Of a stretch of DNA of 64,000 nucleotides, positions 1 to 13,784 are shown piece after piece. A program made the translations under genes and the position numbers. The DNA comes from Chrysomallon squamiferum (Eukaryota; Animalia; Mollusca). The stretch's first letter is position 1, and every line of letters starts with the position of its first letter. The notes under the pieces are model-generated. The model did not search any database, was not told the origin of the DNA, and saw nothing but the letters and a program-made list of their open reading frames with translations. The stretch lies in assembly GCA_012295275.1 (NCBI GenBank), contig CM022669.1:16182001-16246000 (forward strand). Direction: 5' to 3'.

Positions 1-760
1 CTCTCGTTGTACCACTGCGTCTTTGTTTTACATTTATCATAATTACCCAAGTGCTATTGTACATATTTTTATACTTCTGTACGTTATTATAAATCCATCG
101 TCATGTTATAATTAGATTAACTCTTGAATTGTAAATATCCTGATATACAGAAAATTATAATCTGAGTGTATAAAGTTCAGTTATTTTCAGTCGGTTTCAA
201 AAGCACTGAAATAACTTTAAGACACTAAAAAGGTAAGAAAAGCCACACTAAATGACTTAACGTTGGTGTTGTCTTTACTCACTCTACAGCTGTCTCGCAT
301 GTTCGCTGATCAGCTTGTCTTTGAAGAGAAACCAAACAACTTCGAGATTTAACTGCGTCCGCATTTGGTGAAAGGACAAAAATAACTGCACAACATTACA
401 AGAGTGAACAATTAAACAAGACACTAAATATACAGCTCCGAATATATTTGTCACATAATCAAAACTAAACACGATCTTTATCTGCAAAATATTATTAGTT
501 TTACAACTAACAGAAGAGAAAGGCATGCATTTAAACGTGGATATGTTCAGTATGCCCTTCTTGTTTTGGGGGTTATTTTTTGTATCGATAGCTAACGAAG
601 GAAATATAACCAATCCTTTCTTTTAGATGATCGAGGTCTAACTATAATGCTATTTTCACTTGACACTTATATGTCAATTTGGTTCGGTTATGAAAAAAGA
701 AAAAAGATAAACATCACTCGTAGTTCTAGTTTTGTAGGTAGAAACGTACCACTGATAACA
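1..760 (-). repeat. Inverted paralog of the upstream region of copies 2 and 4
   Basis: The reverse complement matches 8340-9105 and 17000-17762 (e.g. gtaccactgcgtcttt vs aaagacgcagtggtac; gaaacgtaccactgata vs tatcagtggtacgtttc). Confidence 0.85.
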
Positions 761-1027
761 AAATAAAATAAAACAACTGAAATAAATAAATAAATAAATA
801 AAAAAATTTCTACTGTTATTATTACAGTTACCATGATTACTACCACTATTACTATTACCACTATAACAACTGGTAGTACTGAACAAGCGTAACCAGATTA
901 TGGGGTTTTATATCGGTTAAATACATAAATAAATAAAAAATGTATTGCTTTGTTTTGTTTGTTTGTTTTAGTTGTTGTTTTATTTTTTTTTTTCATTCTT
1001 ATCATTATTGTTTTGTTGTTTTTTTAA

Positions 1028-1063
<36 letters not shown>

Positions 1064-1773
1064 AATGAAAACACGACTCGTAGCTCTCTCAACAAAAATA
1101 TTAATTCAATGTAATTAATTAAACACGAACAACATCGATAGAAAAACCCAGTCAATTCCCGCTGTACAGTTTGTAACATGATGAGATCATTATTTGACTA
1201 TCAGTAACAAGGATTGTATTTGTGTATCACACAGAGTTATTCATTTTTTTATTGATCATTAGAAATAAATAAATAAATAAATAATTAAATAGACAAATTA
1301 ATAAACTAATTATTCTTATTTGTTTGTTCGTTCGTTCATTTAAAATGAAATAAACTAAAATGAAAACCAAAGACAAAGAGCAGAATAACAACTCCAGAGT
1401 TACATTCAATATTAAACAACAGTATAAAATACCATAGTCATATAATAAATATGATATTTATTATAGGAAGTACCGGCTTTCATATAGCATCTTGGTACCA
1501 CATAGAAGATTGAAAATAAAAACAAAAAACAAAATACAATTTTCAAAAAGTAGCATTATAGATAACAACAACAACAACAATAAAGCACAATGGATAGATA
1601 TGAAGTTTGTCCTGGTTTCATTGACTGGTTTGCTTTCTAAAAATTTCTGTAAATCAGTTTTAAACATTTCAAGATTTGACTGAACAAGTGGTATATGCTA
1701 TCCGCAATGGCTTTTAACTAACAAAGGGCATCACAGCAAAGTGTTGCTTTTACTGCGTGTCACAGTTGCCATG

Positions 1774-1809
<36 letters not shown>

Positions 1810-2065
1810 ATTCACAGATACACAATCACAGATTCACCGATATACACATACACATACACACATATACACTCACATTGACACATATACATACTCACACATA
1901 TAATTATAAGCACGCTCAGAAATACACACACACAGAGAGACACAGAGAAATATACATAACTGTAATACAAGTAGGAACAAGTCAGTTCATGTAAACAGAG
2001 ATAAATGTCTTGGGTCGACGTTTTTATTATTATTATTTCTTTTCTTTTTTTTGAATTTACAGATT

Positions 2066-2247
2066 CGTTGCAATGATATTCACCTAAATTCTTTGGAGAG
2101 AAGCAAGTATTACGATGACACGAGTCATAAACATTATCATAAACTTTGGTTTGTTTCATTGTAGTAATATTAAACCAAATCCTTTGGTGTATAACAGGTA
2201 TTACGATGCCACCAGTCATAAACATTATCATAAACTTTGGTTTGTTT
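2066..2247. repeat. 91-bp tandem duplication of the copy 1 C-terminus and stop (also present at about 13767-13947)
   Basis: cataaacattatcataaactttggtttgttt occurs at 2126 and 2217. Confidence 0.9.
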
Positions 2248-3310
2248 AGAAGACTCCCACAGTTTGTGGCACAGTTTACATATGCCAACAGAATCCTTTT
2301 TAGGCTTGTAATAATTTTTCCACTCAAGATATTCTACGTAGGCTGTGAGATTTCTGTCTAAATAAAGAAGATACTCGGCAAGTTGTTTAGGACTCTTGAA
2401 ATCGGCAGCATTGATGTAAGACTTTGGAGGCAAAATTTGACTATAATTTGCTCCACCTCTGACTACGATCACAACGTCTAATTGCATATATCGGAATGCT
2501 TTTTCAGTTATATAGTCATCACATAGACTGTTTTCAAACGATAAGTAAAACTTGTAATCCCTACTAAGTACTGAATTACATTTGTTTTGTTCGTTCAAGC
2601 CACATTTTTTGCTTCCACACTTACCAAATACATCGACAGAAATGTATTTTTTCAGCTGCCGTACGTACTGTTCTCTCTTACTTGGAGTACCACAGTGACT
2701 AACAAACCATGCAACTTGTTTGGTTTTATTCTTCACGCTTGGTAAGAAGTTGAAATTTTCTTTTCTTTCCCTTTTTGCGAAAGCTCCGTAAAAACAAGGA
2801 ACATCCGAGTCTCTCCTATACGTCATCGTCCAGTTTATTACGTTCTTCCAAGGTGCTCTGTTGAAATTGAAATCTGCTGAACGAGTTGGTGGCTCCAGAC
2901 AGAAATAAACCCAAACTTGTCCGGCTTCCTTACGAGGAGGAGGATCTTCTCGAAAACCCACAGCGTAAAATATGACAGCTTGGACATTGCTGATGTTTCT
3001 GCGTGGTTTAAGAAGCGTACAGTTGGCAGAACACGACTTAAGTTCTTCGACTGCCATTTTGTACCACGACCAGTTGATGTGGTTCTTTAATAAAATTAGT
3101 TTGCTCGGCTGTGAGTCCGTGTTCCGACTTATCAGCTTATTATTTATTAAATAATTACGTGTTTCTCCATACCGTTCAGTAAAGTTCTTAACGATTTCAC
3201 CCGTTGAATGAAATTCAGTTTTCGAATAAAATATGAACAGGAAAGATGACACAATTCCAATAGATGTAATAAGACGAAAACATCTTGTGGGTCGGATTTG
3301 TTGTTGTAAC
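2170..3310 (-). CDS. GT10 alpha-1,3-fucosyltransferase, copy 1 (main coding exon, intact frame)
   Basis: The 360-aa ORF has NWTMTYRRDSD, VAWFVSHC, VDVFGKCG, the alpha-1,3 motif YKFYLSFENSLCDDYITEK and C-terminal CKLC. The frame extends upstream to acceptor ttttctttttcag|G TTA CAA (exon starts 3310), adding LQQQIRPTRCFRLITSIGIV before the hydrophobic anchor. Confidence 0.95.
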
Positions 3311-3424
3311 CTGAAAAAGAAAATTTCACATTATAATATTCAACGTTACAGAAATTATTTTGTTTTAATATACTTTTATTTTACTGTAACGTAAAAACCA
3401 AAAGTAAAATAAAATAATAATAAC

Positions 3425-3529
<105 letters not shown>

Positions 3530-3634
3530 TATTAATCATTATTGTTTGTATATATATTTTTTTATACATTTATTGATACATACATACATATATATGTGTA
3601 TTTAAAAGTATATCTTTATATATATTAAACTTAC

Positions 3635-3642
3635 GTGGTCAT
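3635..3642 (-). CDS. Probable 8-nt leader coding exon of FucT copy 1 (ATG ACC AC|gtaagt)
   Basis: The minus strand reads actATGACCAC|GTAAGTtt. Phase 2 matches the acceptor at 3310, and the actATGnnnnn|GTAAGT layout matches 23047 and 25423. An alternative phase-2 donor (MAFQKL AG|gtaaag, 3704-3723) also fits. Confidence 0.6.
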
Positions 3643-3882
3643 AGTAATGTTTATTAGTTATGATATGGTGAAATTTGAGCTGGAATCATTAAAATAGCTT
3701 TACCTCAATTTCTGAAATGCCATCTTGCGAATCCAATAAGTTACACAAGCTGTTGCCTTTGCTATATGTTATCCATTTCATATGACAAAATTTGAAATAG
3801 AAAATAAAAAATAAAAAAATAAAAACAAATTTAAATAAATAAAACGAAAATAATAATAATAATAACAATAATAATAATAGTA

Positions 3883-3942
<60 letters not shown>

Positions 3943-5518
3943 CATAAATAAATAAATAAATAAATACATTTTTACTGTTACTAGTAATACCATTTCTACT
4001 ACAGTTACCATCATTAGTACCACTGTTACTACTATTACTGCTGCAACAGCTAGTAGTAGTACCATCACTATTACTACTGCAACTGCTTATGTTACTACTG
4101 CTATTTCCCGGTTGTTAGTGCAACTGCTGCTACCAGCTACAACTAGATTTCTACTTTAAACAATTACTACAACTGTATTAGTACTATTTCTTCTTCTTCA
4201 GCTACTGTTTTGCTTCTTTGTACTGATTATGTTACCGTTGCTGCTACTAACATCCTGACTATTTCTTGTTTCTATTACTACTACTGCTATTGTTATTACT
4301 ACAATACTGTTAAAATAGTTCCATATAATATTTAAATCAAAAATGTCTTGAAATAGAAAAGAACGAAAACAAATACCTTAAAAAAACAATAGAAAAACAA
4401 TAACCAGAAAACAAATAAAACGTATCAAACAAAGAAACAAACACAAATACAGATAACATCAGCATATGCGAGCAATAACAACTGGTTCGAAATTTGATTG
4501 GACTAAAATAATAAATTGTTAAAAAAAAGAAAAAAGGAAAAAGGAAAAGTAGACTTACCTTTCGATAGTATTGCAATGGCTATCCTCTGCATCAAAGAAG
4601 AATTCTCTGTTTCTGTATTTACTTAAAAGGGCGTTGTAAAACAGTACATTCAAGTTAATGAGTAACAGACTTTTGTACATGTATTTTTTTAAACCAGAAA
4701 CTGCTTCCAGTGTTAATAGTTTCTTTCTTTTTCTCTCTCTGTCTTTTTCTCTATCAGTTTCTCTATCTTTCGGTATGTTTATATGTCTGCCTGTGGTTCT
4801 GTCTATCTTTATGTCTGTCTATCTATCAGTCTGTCTGTTTGTATGTCGGTCTATCTCTCTGTCTGTCTGCCTGCCTATCTGTATCTCTCAGTGTTTCTGT
4901 TTGCTATTAACGAAGATTTACCTCTTCCAGTTTTCGTTTAAACGTATGTAGTCATTGTGTAGCTATTAATCGATAGATTCATAGCTGTTTTATTTATGTA
5001 AAATTGATACCCCGATATTTTTTATTCAACTGTTAATTAGAAAGTGCTGACGTGAAGCTTGGAAGTGAACAGTCTGCTGTATTGTTCTGTTAGATACTTT
5101 TTTTCTTTTATTGTTATTTTTTAAATACAGAAACAAACAGTTTTAGTAATTAAATCTTCGTGTTTGTTTTGAAAGAATGTGACACATATATACATAAACG
5201 TATCATATTATTAAAGCAAATAACAGGATCTCGCAAAAAGAAGAAAAGCAAAGTATTTGAATATTAAAATGCAGGCATTGTTTTGTTCCATAGCATTAAA
5301 TAGCAAAAACTCTAACTTGTTAAGTGCACTTCACGACCTGGCTGTTAGAAACCGGATAGATGTATACCATTCTAGCAGGCGCTTTTCTTTTTCTTTTTAT
5401 CTTATAAATTATCTTTACCAATAACGACATTTTAATTAAGTAAATACAAAAACACACACGGAACAGTAGAATTAATATGAGTAGGATATTGATCAGTACC
5501 TATATAAACATAATTATA

Positions 5519-5583
<65 letters not shown>

Positions 5584-5829
5584 CGATTAACAACATCACA
5601 GAAATTATACTTATAATAGTTTTAATTGATACTGATAATTTACATAGATACCTAAAGACTACGGTATAATATGTTGCAAGAGATGTACTTAGGTACGTTT
5701 TTTGTGTACAAACAAACAGATAGACAGATATACAGACAGATATATGTAGAGAGAAACATATACAGGGAGAGATAGACAGACGGACAGACATAATTCGTTC
5801 TAGAGAATGAAAGATAGATAGGTGTGACT

Positions 5830-5935
<106 letters not shown>

Positions 5936-6262
5936 AATACAATTAGAATTTCTATTTTAGACAAATAAATGTACAGTTTACTTCAGAATTAAACTGAATG
6001 TCCTGGTTTACAATGCCCTGTAAGTAAATACTAGAAAACAGAGAGACTATGAGGTACCATGGAAAGGTAGACCCATTTTATTTTATTTTATCTTTAAAAT
6101 GCATTCACTTGTATGTGTCTGGTTTTTAATTTTGCTCGTATTATAATTATCATTATTATTGCTTTAAAAAAATAAATAAATAAATAAATAAATTAAAAAA
6201 TATTAAAAATAAAAAATAATAAAATAAGCCGTCTTTCCATTCTTTCCGGGACGAAGGCGGTC

Positions 6263-6313
<51 letters not shown>

Positions 6314-7250
6314 TTTGCACAGTAAAATAAACACAAAACATACACACACACACACACACACACCTATGCACATACGCAGTTTCAGTTATCAACACAGCTT
6401 CTTATAAATTATTTGTAATCAACTATAAACGTTGAAAAAAGAAAAGAGTAACTGTAAAATTTAATGAATATTCATTCATTAATGGGACTTTACAATGTAA
6501 TAAAATGGTTGAAATTTGAAAACAAAAAAAGATATACAGAATATTATTTAGTTACTCATTTAACAGCTTTCTTTTAATCTCTGGACCTTATTTAATACTG
6601 CCAAACCTGTTTTGGCATCAGCAGTTATAAATCTGTGGTTTACGGACATTCGTATAATGAGCCAGTTAGCTGTTAATAAATCCAGTAAAAAAAATATGCA
6701 CAAATCCACAATTTATTTTTTACAAAACGATATTCTTAGTTTCCAGTTTACTTATAGCTAACCGATTTATAATACAATATCATCCGTCTGAGTGCCCGAA
6801 GATAATTATTACTAAGATTTCATGTTTCAAAAAACGCAAAATAAACATATATCACCCAAACAAGAGGAGCGATTTATATTTCGGTCTGATAGTTATTTTT
6901 AGGATAACTGTCATGATCATAAAAACAAGGACGCCATACTGCACATAATCACGCTTCAAGAACATAAGAGCATGCCTTTCATTTCGTTTAGTCGTAAAAC
7001 ATAATCATATTTTACAGATAAAGATCGTGTTTTGTTTTGATTAACTGACAAACGTATACGGAGATGTATATTCAGTGTCTTGTATCATCGCTAATAAAAT
7101 ATTCACGGTACCTTGAAATCTTGTTCAGATAATACGAAATTAAATGTTCGGATAACCGAGGTTTCACTGTAAATAAATATTGACGATAGTGTTGTATGCA
7201 CAATACGGACAATCAAACGAACAAAGACACACTGGTGAACAGAGCTAGGG

Positions 7251-7370
<120 letters not shown>

Positions 7371-7691
7371 TACGCGTAAGTATGTATATATGAATGTATG
7401 TGTGTGCGTGTGTGTATGAGTGTGTGTCTGAGTGTGTGAAATAATAACAGTAATGGCAGCAATAATAATAATAAAATAGTTTTAGAAGAAGAACAAGAAG
7501 AAGAGGAAAGAGAAGTAATAGTAATAGCACTAGTAGGAGTAATGGTAGCTATAGCAGTAATATTAATATACGAAGTAGTAACAGTAAAAATACGAGTAGT
7601 AGTAATAGTATTAGTAGTGATAGGAGTAACAATTTAGTAATAATAGTGGACATTTAGTAGATATATTGCATGGAGATTTTTAAAAATGTAT

Positions 7692-7730
<39 letters not shown>

Positions 7731-8028
7731 TGTATCATTTTTTTGTTTGTTTGTTTCTTTCTTTCTTTCCTATATGATTTTCTGTTTTATGATCTACATT
7801 TTATTACTGGTATTTATTTATTTACTAAAAAATTAAAAACAAAAAACTCAATCATATAAAAGAAATTATAATAAAGGCAACAGCTTGTGTTCCTGCGTTA
7901 TTGTGTTTGATATTACATAAAATTTTAACTGCTCGTAATACCGTATTAAATAGTCATGTTACATCAACTAAACACTGGCGTTAGTATACAGGCACCTTCG
8001 TCATACTTTGTTCAGTTTACTAATATTT

Positions 8029-8070
<42 letters not shown>

Positions 8071-9616
8071 AATAGTAATAATAATAATAATGATTGAGTT
8101 CGACCACTTTTTACGAAACGATATTTTTAGTTTCTCCTCTACTTATAGCTACCCTATTTATAATGCAGTATCATCCGTCTCATTTTCTGAAGATAATTAT
8201 TACAAAGATTTCCTGTATCAAAAAACGCAAAGTAAAGTGTAGCAATTATTATTTTATCTTATTTTATTTATTTATTTATTTATTTCTTATAATTCTTATT
8301 ATTAATAATAATTTCAAACTGAAAAAAACATCGTGACATTATCAGTGGTACGTTTCTAGCAAGGAAAGTAGAACTGGGAGTGATGTTTATCTTTTTCTTT
8401 TGTCATTACCGAACCAAGATGACGTAACAGTGTTATCTAATAGTAGTATTACAGTCAGAGTTCGATCACCCAAACAAGAAGAGCGAGTTATATTTCGGTC
8501 TGATAGTTGTTCTTAGGACAATTGTCATGATCATAAAAGCAAGGACGTCATATCGCACATAATCACGTTTAAAGAGTATAAGTACAAGCCTTTCATTTCA
8601 TTTAGTCGTAAAACGTAATCATATTTTACGGATAAAGATCGTGTTTTGTTTTCATTAACTGACAAACGTATACGGAGCTGTATATTCAGTGTCTTCTTTA
8701 ATTGTTCACTGTTGTAATCTTGTGAAGCGGACACTGTAAAATCTCGCTTTTCTGGGCAGTTGTCTGTGTTGCTTCCTTTCTGTTCAAAGACAAACTGATC
8801 AGCGAGCATACAAGACAGGTGTACACTGAGTAAAGACAACACCAACGTAAGTCGTTTACAGTGACTTTTGTTACTTTTTTTATGTCTTAAAATTATTTCA
8901 GTCCTTTTGAAAACGACTGAAAATAATTGAATTTGATACACTCTGGTCATACGTTTCTGTGTATCAGGATATTTACAATACAACTGTTGATCTAATTATA
9001 ACATGACGGTGGATTTATGATAACGTACACAAGTATAAAAGTATGTACAATAGCACTTGGCTAATTATTATAAATGTAAAAAAAAAAAGACGCAGTGGTA
9101 CAATTAGTGTCGAGTAATATCAGTCTTATTTGATTGGTTCACATGTTTTCTGAGTAATTCGAATTTGTTTGCTAATAATTACAAACGAAACAACGAACTG
9201 GCAGCATAGGTATAATTGTCGAGTATTACTGTATATTATACACATCATCGCTGTTTGTTTGTTTGTTTATTTCCTACATGATTTTCTGTTTTATGATCTA
9301 CATTTTATTACTGGTATTTATTTATTTACTAAAAAATCAAACAAAAAACTCAATCATATAAAAGAAATTATAATGAAGGCAACAGCTTGTGTTCCTGCTT
9401 TACTGTATTGGACATTACATAAATTTTAACTGCCCTGAACACAGTATTAAATAGTCATGTTACATCAGCTAAACACTGGCGTTAATTTACAGGCATCTTC
9501 GTTATTCTTTGTTCAGTTTACTAATATTTTATAATAATAATAATAATAATAATCATAATAATAATATAACACCTTTTTTTAAATAACTGGGATTTTGGAC
9601 GTAATTATATTTTATG

Positions 9617-9971
9617 ACATAGCCTAACAAGATATTCTGGGAAAGATAGCAGAAAAGAAAACAATAATACAATTATTAAAAAAAACAGGATCATGCAATG
9701 TTTTCATTCCTTTTATCTCCATGTGACACAAGAACTGTCATAATTAAATTTTCATACACGTATTTTTCAGAAGTTACAATCCGAAGACGTCTATTTTATC
9801 ACATAGCCTAACAAGATATTCTGGGAAAGATAGCAGAAAAGAAAACAATAATAAAATTATAAAAAAAACAGGATCATGCAATGTTTTCATTCCTTTTATC
9901 TCCATGTGACAAAAGAACTGTCATAATTAAATTTGGATTCACTTATTTTTCAGAAGTTACAATCCGAAGAC
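9617..9971. repeat. Tandem duplication (184-bp period) containing the copy 2 splice acceptor
   Basis: acatagcctaacaagatattctggg...tttttcagaagttacaatccgaagac occurs at 9617-9788 and 9801-9971. It is single in copy 4 (19129-19298). Confidence 0.92.
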
Positions 9972-9972
9972 A

Positions 9973-11115
9973 ATGAAGAAACTTTTTGGAATTATTTCGG
10001 CGATTTCTCTCTTGACTGGCTTCTATCTCTTGTCATCACTGAACGTAATACCAAATAATTTGATGTCTGATTTGAAGACCCATCTGCAACACAATCATTC
10101 GCTACTCATCTTCAGCCATGGAGAAAAAGTTAAAAATATTACCACAAAGCTTCCTGACAAAGATACCAATAATACTGCGGTTAGAAAACGTATTTTTCTG
10201 AAAAACAATCCGGATTGGCCGTGGTTTCAGGCAGCTATCACGGAATTAGAATCATGCCCAGGTAATTGCTCTCTAGAAAAGACGGGAAGGAATCTAACTG
10301 GTTATGATGCTGTTATATTCTATGCCGTGGGATACACACAGGAATTACCTCCTCCAAAGATTCCCGGTCAAATCTGGATTTTTTTCACCATTGAATCTCC
10401 TAAGTACACGACAGGTAAACAATTTAAAAACAAGGAATGGAGAGAAAAATTCAACTGGACCATGACGTACAGATTAGATTCTGATGTTTATAATCCGTAT
10501 GGAAGTATAAACAGAAGGAAGACTGCTGTAAGTTTAGATTTTTCAGACGTTGTAAAGCACAAAACGAAACTGGCTGCATGGTTTGTTAGTAACTGCAAAC
10601 CTCCAAGTCGACGTGAGGAATATGTACGCGAGTTGAAGAAATTTATTTCCGTCGACATTTATGGAAGATGCGGTGATAAAAAGTGCCATAATGCTAAAGA
10701 CAATTGCAATTTACTGCTCACGAGGGATTATAAGTTTTATTTGGCGTTTGAAAACAGTTTCTGTTACGATTACGTTACAGAAAAATCATTCCACTATATG
10801 GAACTTGATATTGTGCTAGTAGTAAGAGGTGGGGCGAATTACACAAAAGTTCTACCACCAAAGTCATACATCAATACAGCAGATTTTAAAAGTCCCAAAC
10901 ATTTAGCTGAATATCTTCTTTATTTGGACAAGAATGACACAGCCTATGTCGAGTTTTTGGAATGGAAAAAGTATTATACGTCTGGAAAAAGACACGTTGG
11001 TATCTGTGAACTGTGCAAGAAACTTCATAATCCCGTTGTAAAAGAGAAAGTGTATCCTGACATCCATTCCTGGTATTTTGTTAATAAATGTTTTCCTCCA
11101 AAAGATTTAATTTGA
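9973..11115 (+). CDS. GT10 alpha-1,3-fucosyltransferase, copy 2 (intact 380 aa, single coding exon)
   Basis: N-terminal anchor MKKLFGIISAISLLTGFYLL, then FNWTMTYRLDSD, AAWFVSNC, YKFYLAFENSFCYDYVTEK and CELC. A splice acceptor (ttatttttcag) lies about 20 nt before the ATG. Confidence 0.96.
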   Translation: MKKLFGIISAISLLTGFYLLSSLNVIPNNLMSDLKTHLQHNHSLLIFSHGEKVKNITTKLPDKDTNNTAVRKRIFLKNNPDWPWFQAAITELESCPGNCSLEKTGRNLTGYDAVIFYAVGYTQELPPPKIPGQIWIFFTIESPKYTTGKQFKNKEWREKFNWTMTYRLDSDVYNPYGSINRRKTAVSLDFSDVVKHKTKLAAWFVSNCKPPSRREEYVRELKKFISVDIYGRCGDKKCHNAKDNCNLLLTRDYKFYLAFENSFCYDYVTEKSFHYMELDIVLVVRGGANYTKVLPPKSYINTADFKSPKHLAEYLLYLDKNDTAYVEFLEWKKYYTSGKRHVGICELCKKLHNPVVKEKVYPDIHSWYFVNKCFPPKDLI

Positions 11116-12875
11116 AGTAACATTTACAATGTGTTGTTTAAAGCAGACTGATTCTATTAATATTGTGAATGAACAGCAGCAGTAGTAATGTTGATTATAG
11201 TAATAACAACAGAAGAATAATAGTAGTTGTTTACACATACATACATACATACGTACGTGTACGTACATACATACACAGATGTAAACACATACACATGCAG
11301 ATACAGGTACATATACACACATAAACTCAACAATGATTATATAAAAAATACCTGTATCACGAAATGCTGTACTTTCTGTATGTTTGTCTGATCGTGCGAA
11401 GAAAAAGCCAGTACACGTTCTTTTCACATCCGTCTGATAGAATCAATGATATTTGAAATTCAACCAATGTTTGTCTGATATAAATATAACTTCATTTTCT
11501 TGATAAAGAATAACAAAATGAAAATAATTATTAAATTACAAAGAGCTTTTTCGAATGGATTGTTGACAGTTTGTAACTGGTAAGTAGGACCAACATTCAT
11601 GAACGTTGATAATATTGTAGGTTTGTACATGCTAAGAAGCTTCTAAATGTTATAGTTCAAAACTAAACAAGAGTAACTAAAATGTAATTCATAAAACTCT
11701 ATTAGGAGCGTGGTTGCATGATGATGTCATTCAATGCACATTTTATTTATATTAATTTCGTTGTTGTTGCTGTTGTTTGTTTGTTACTGTAAAGATTAGA
11801 TGCATAAAACTAAAAAAACTGTTTATTAATTGTCAAAATTAATTAAAATGATCATTGATATAATTAATAACGAATCTGTAAACATAACAAGAAGTAATTA
11901 GAGATTTTAATGGGAATGTAGAATTTGATGTGTCTATATTTACACTGAATCTATAAGCAGAACGCTGTATTTGTCGATAACGAAGACTGGATTTTTCTAT
12001 CGATGTTTAGAGTGAGAAAATCGTAGACCACTGATTGTTGATCGTGTATAATTAATTACACTGAATTAACATTGTGTGACAGAGAGCGATGAATCGTATT
12101 TTCGTTAATTAAAAAAAAAAAAATAAATAAATAAATAAATAAAAAATAATAAGAAGAAGAAAACAAAAAAAGGAATAATAAATAACAGAAATAATAATTC
12201 TATATGAGGAGCACGCGCGCTTTCGGATCTAATTTCCGGTAAGATAATGAAGAAAACATTTTTCCACTTGTTATTATTATTATTATTGTTGTTGTTGTTG
12301 TTGCTGCTGTTTGCTTTAATTTGGAGCATACTCTCTCAAATGATCATAGGTCTTATTAACAGCCATTACTTTTTAAAATATAATCATAATTTTCCTATTA
12401 AACAAGATATTATATGAAAATATATTTGGATGTCTAGTATACTTACCTGGCATTTAATAAAACAGAGGCATTTCATTGAAATTCATAGTCGTTCATGTTC
12501 ATTGTTCAGAGACCTGTGGATCTATTCTCGTAATACAATTACAGTATTTTTGTTGCAAGGTTAATCAAGCGTCAATTTGTAGACATCAGGGATTATGAAA
12601 CGACCCTATTACGTAAAATATCTCCTTTGTGTGCAGTGAATGTATCGTTCAAACAAATATTTATTAATCAAAATTTTAATTTTATTAATATTTGTTTTGA
12701 GCTCTATAATCAATATTACTATGATAATTAGAAGAATCCAGAGTGGATAAAAAAAAAAAAAAAAAAAAAAGACAACAAAGAACAACAACAAATAAAACAC
12801 TTTGATGTCAAATTTTTATTATTATTTTATTATTATTATTATTATTTTATTATTATTATTATTATTATAAAAGAC

Positions 12876-12915
<40 letters not shown>

Positions 12916-13077
12916 TTAATTTTAGTGGATTCATAATTTTCAGGTTATTTTTTAGGTTCTCTGGATCCCTTTCTCCAACACTGTTTGTTTTTCTATTGCA
13001 ATAATCGTTTTGTGTCATTTTTTTAAATAATTTTAGTATTTAATTATTACTGTTTTATCAAGAGTTTGATTATTATA

Positions 13078-13113
<36 letters not shown>

Positions 13114-13784
13114 TAATCGTCACGGAAAATTGTCTCATTTTATCAAATAATTTGATTTTTGCGTAAAACTAGACTTTTTTTAGCAGTCTATACATCCCTT
13201 TATAAAAAAGTGTAATATTTTTTTATATTATTAAAACATAATGTTAACGAACTTTATGTCATTCATATGTCTAAACATAAAGATTGGAAAAAAATACAAA
13301 ATTCCTCAAAACCTCCTAAAAACAACATTATAGATAACAATAACAACAAAAACAACAATAAAGCACAATGTATAGATAAGAGTTTTGTCCTGGTTTCATT
13401 AACTGGTTTGCTTTCTAAAATTCTGTAAATCAGTTTTAAACATTTCAAGATTTGACTGAACATGTGGTATATCCTATCCGCAATGGCTCTTAACTAACAA
13501 AGCGCATCACAGCAAAGTGTTGCATTAATGAGTGTCACAGACATACACACACACACACACACACACATTGACACATATACATACTCAAACATCTAATTAT
13601 AAGCACGCACAGAAATACACATACACACACAGAGACACACAGACATATACATAACTGTAACACAAATAGGAACAAGTCAGTTCATGTAAACAGAGATAAA
13701 TGTCTTGTACTGACGTTTTATTTATTTTTTTTTTTTATTTTTTTTATTTTTTTGAATACACAGATTCATTGCAATGATATTAAC

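Noticed and set aside
4559-4592. ATG...AAAG|gtaagt exon (MQRIAIAILSK) as the first coding exon of copy 1
   Set aside because: It ends in phase 1, out of frame with the acceptor at 3310. At most it is a 5'UTR exon.
8531-8983. 150-aa minus-strand ORF in the duplicated intergenic module (and ORF 284-613)
   Set aside because: No recognisable domain, and paralogous copies at 1-760 and 17000-17760 do not preserve the frame.
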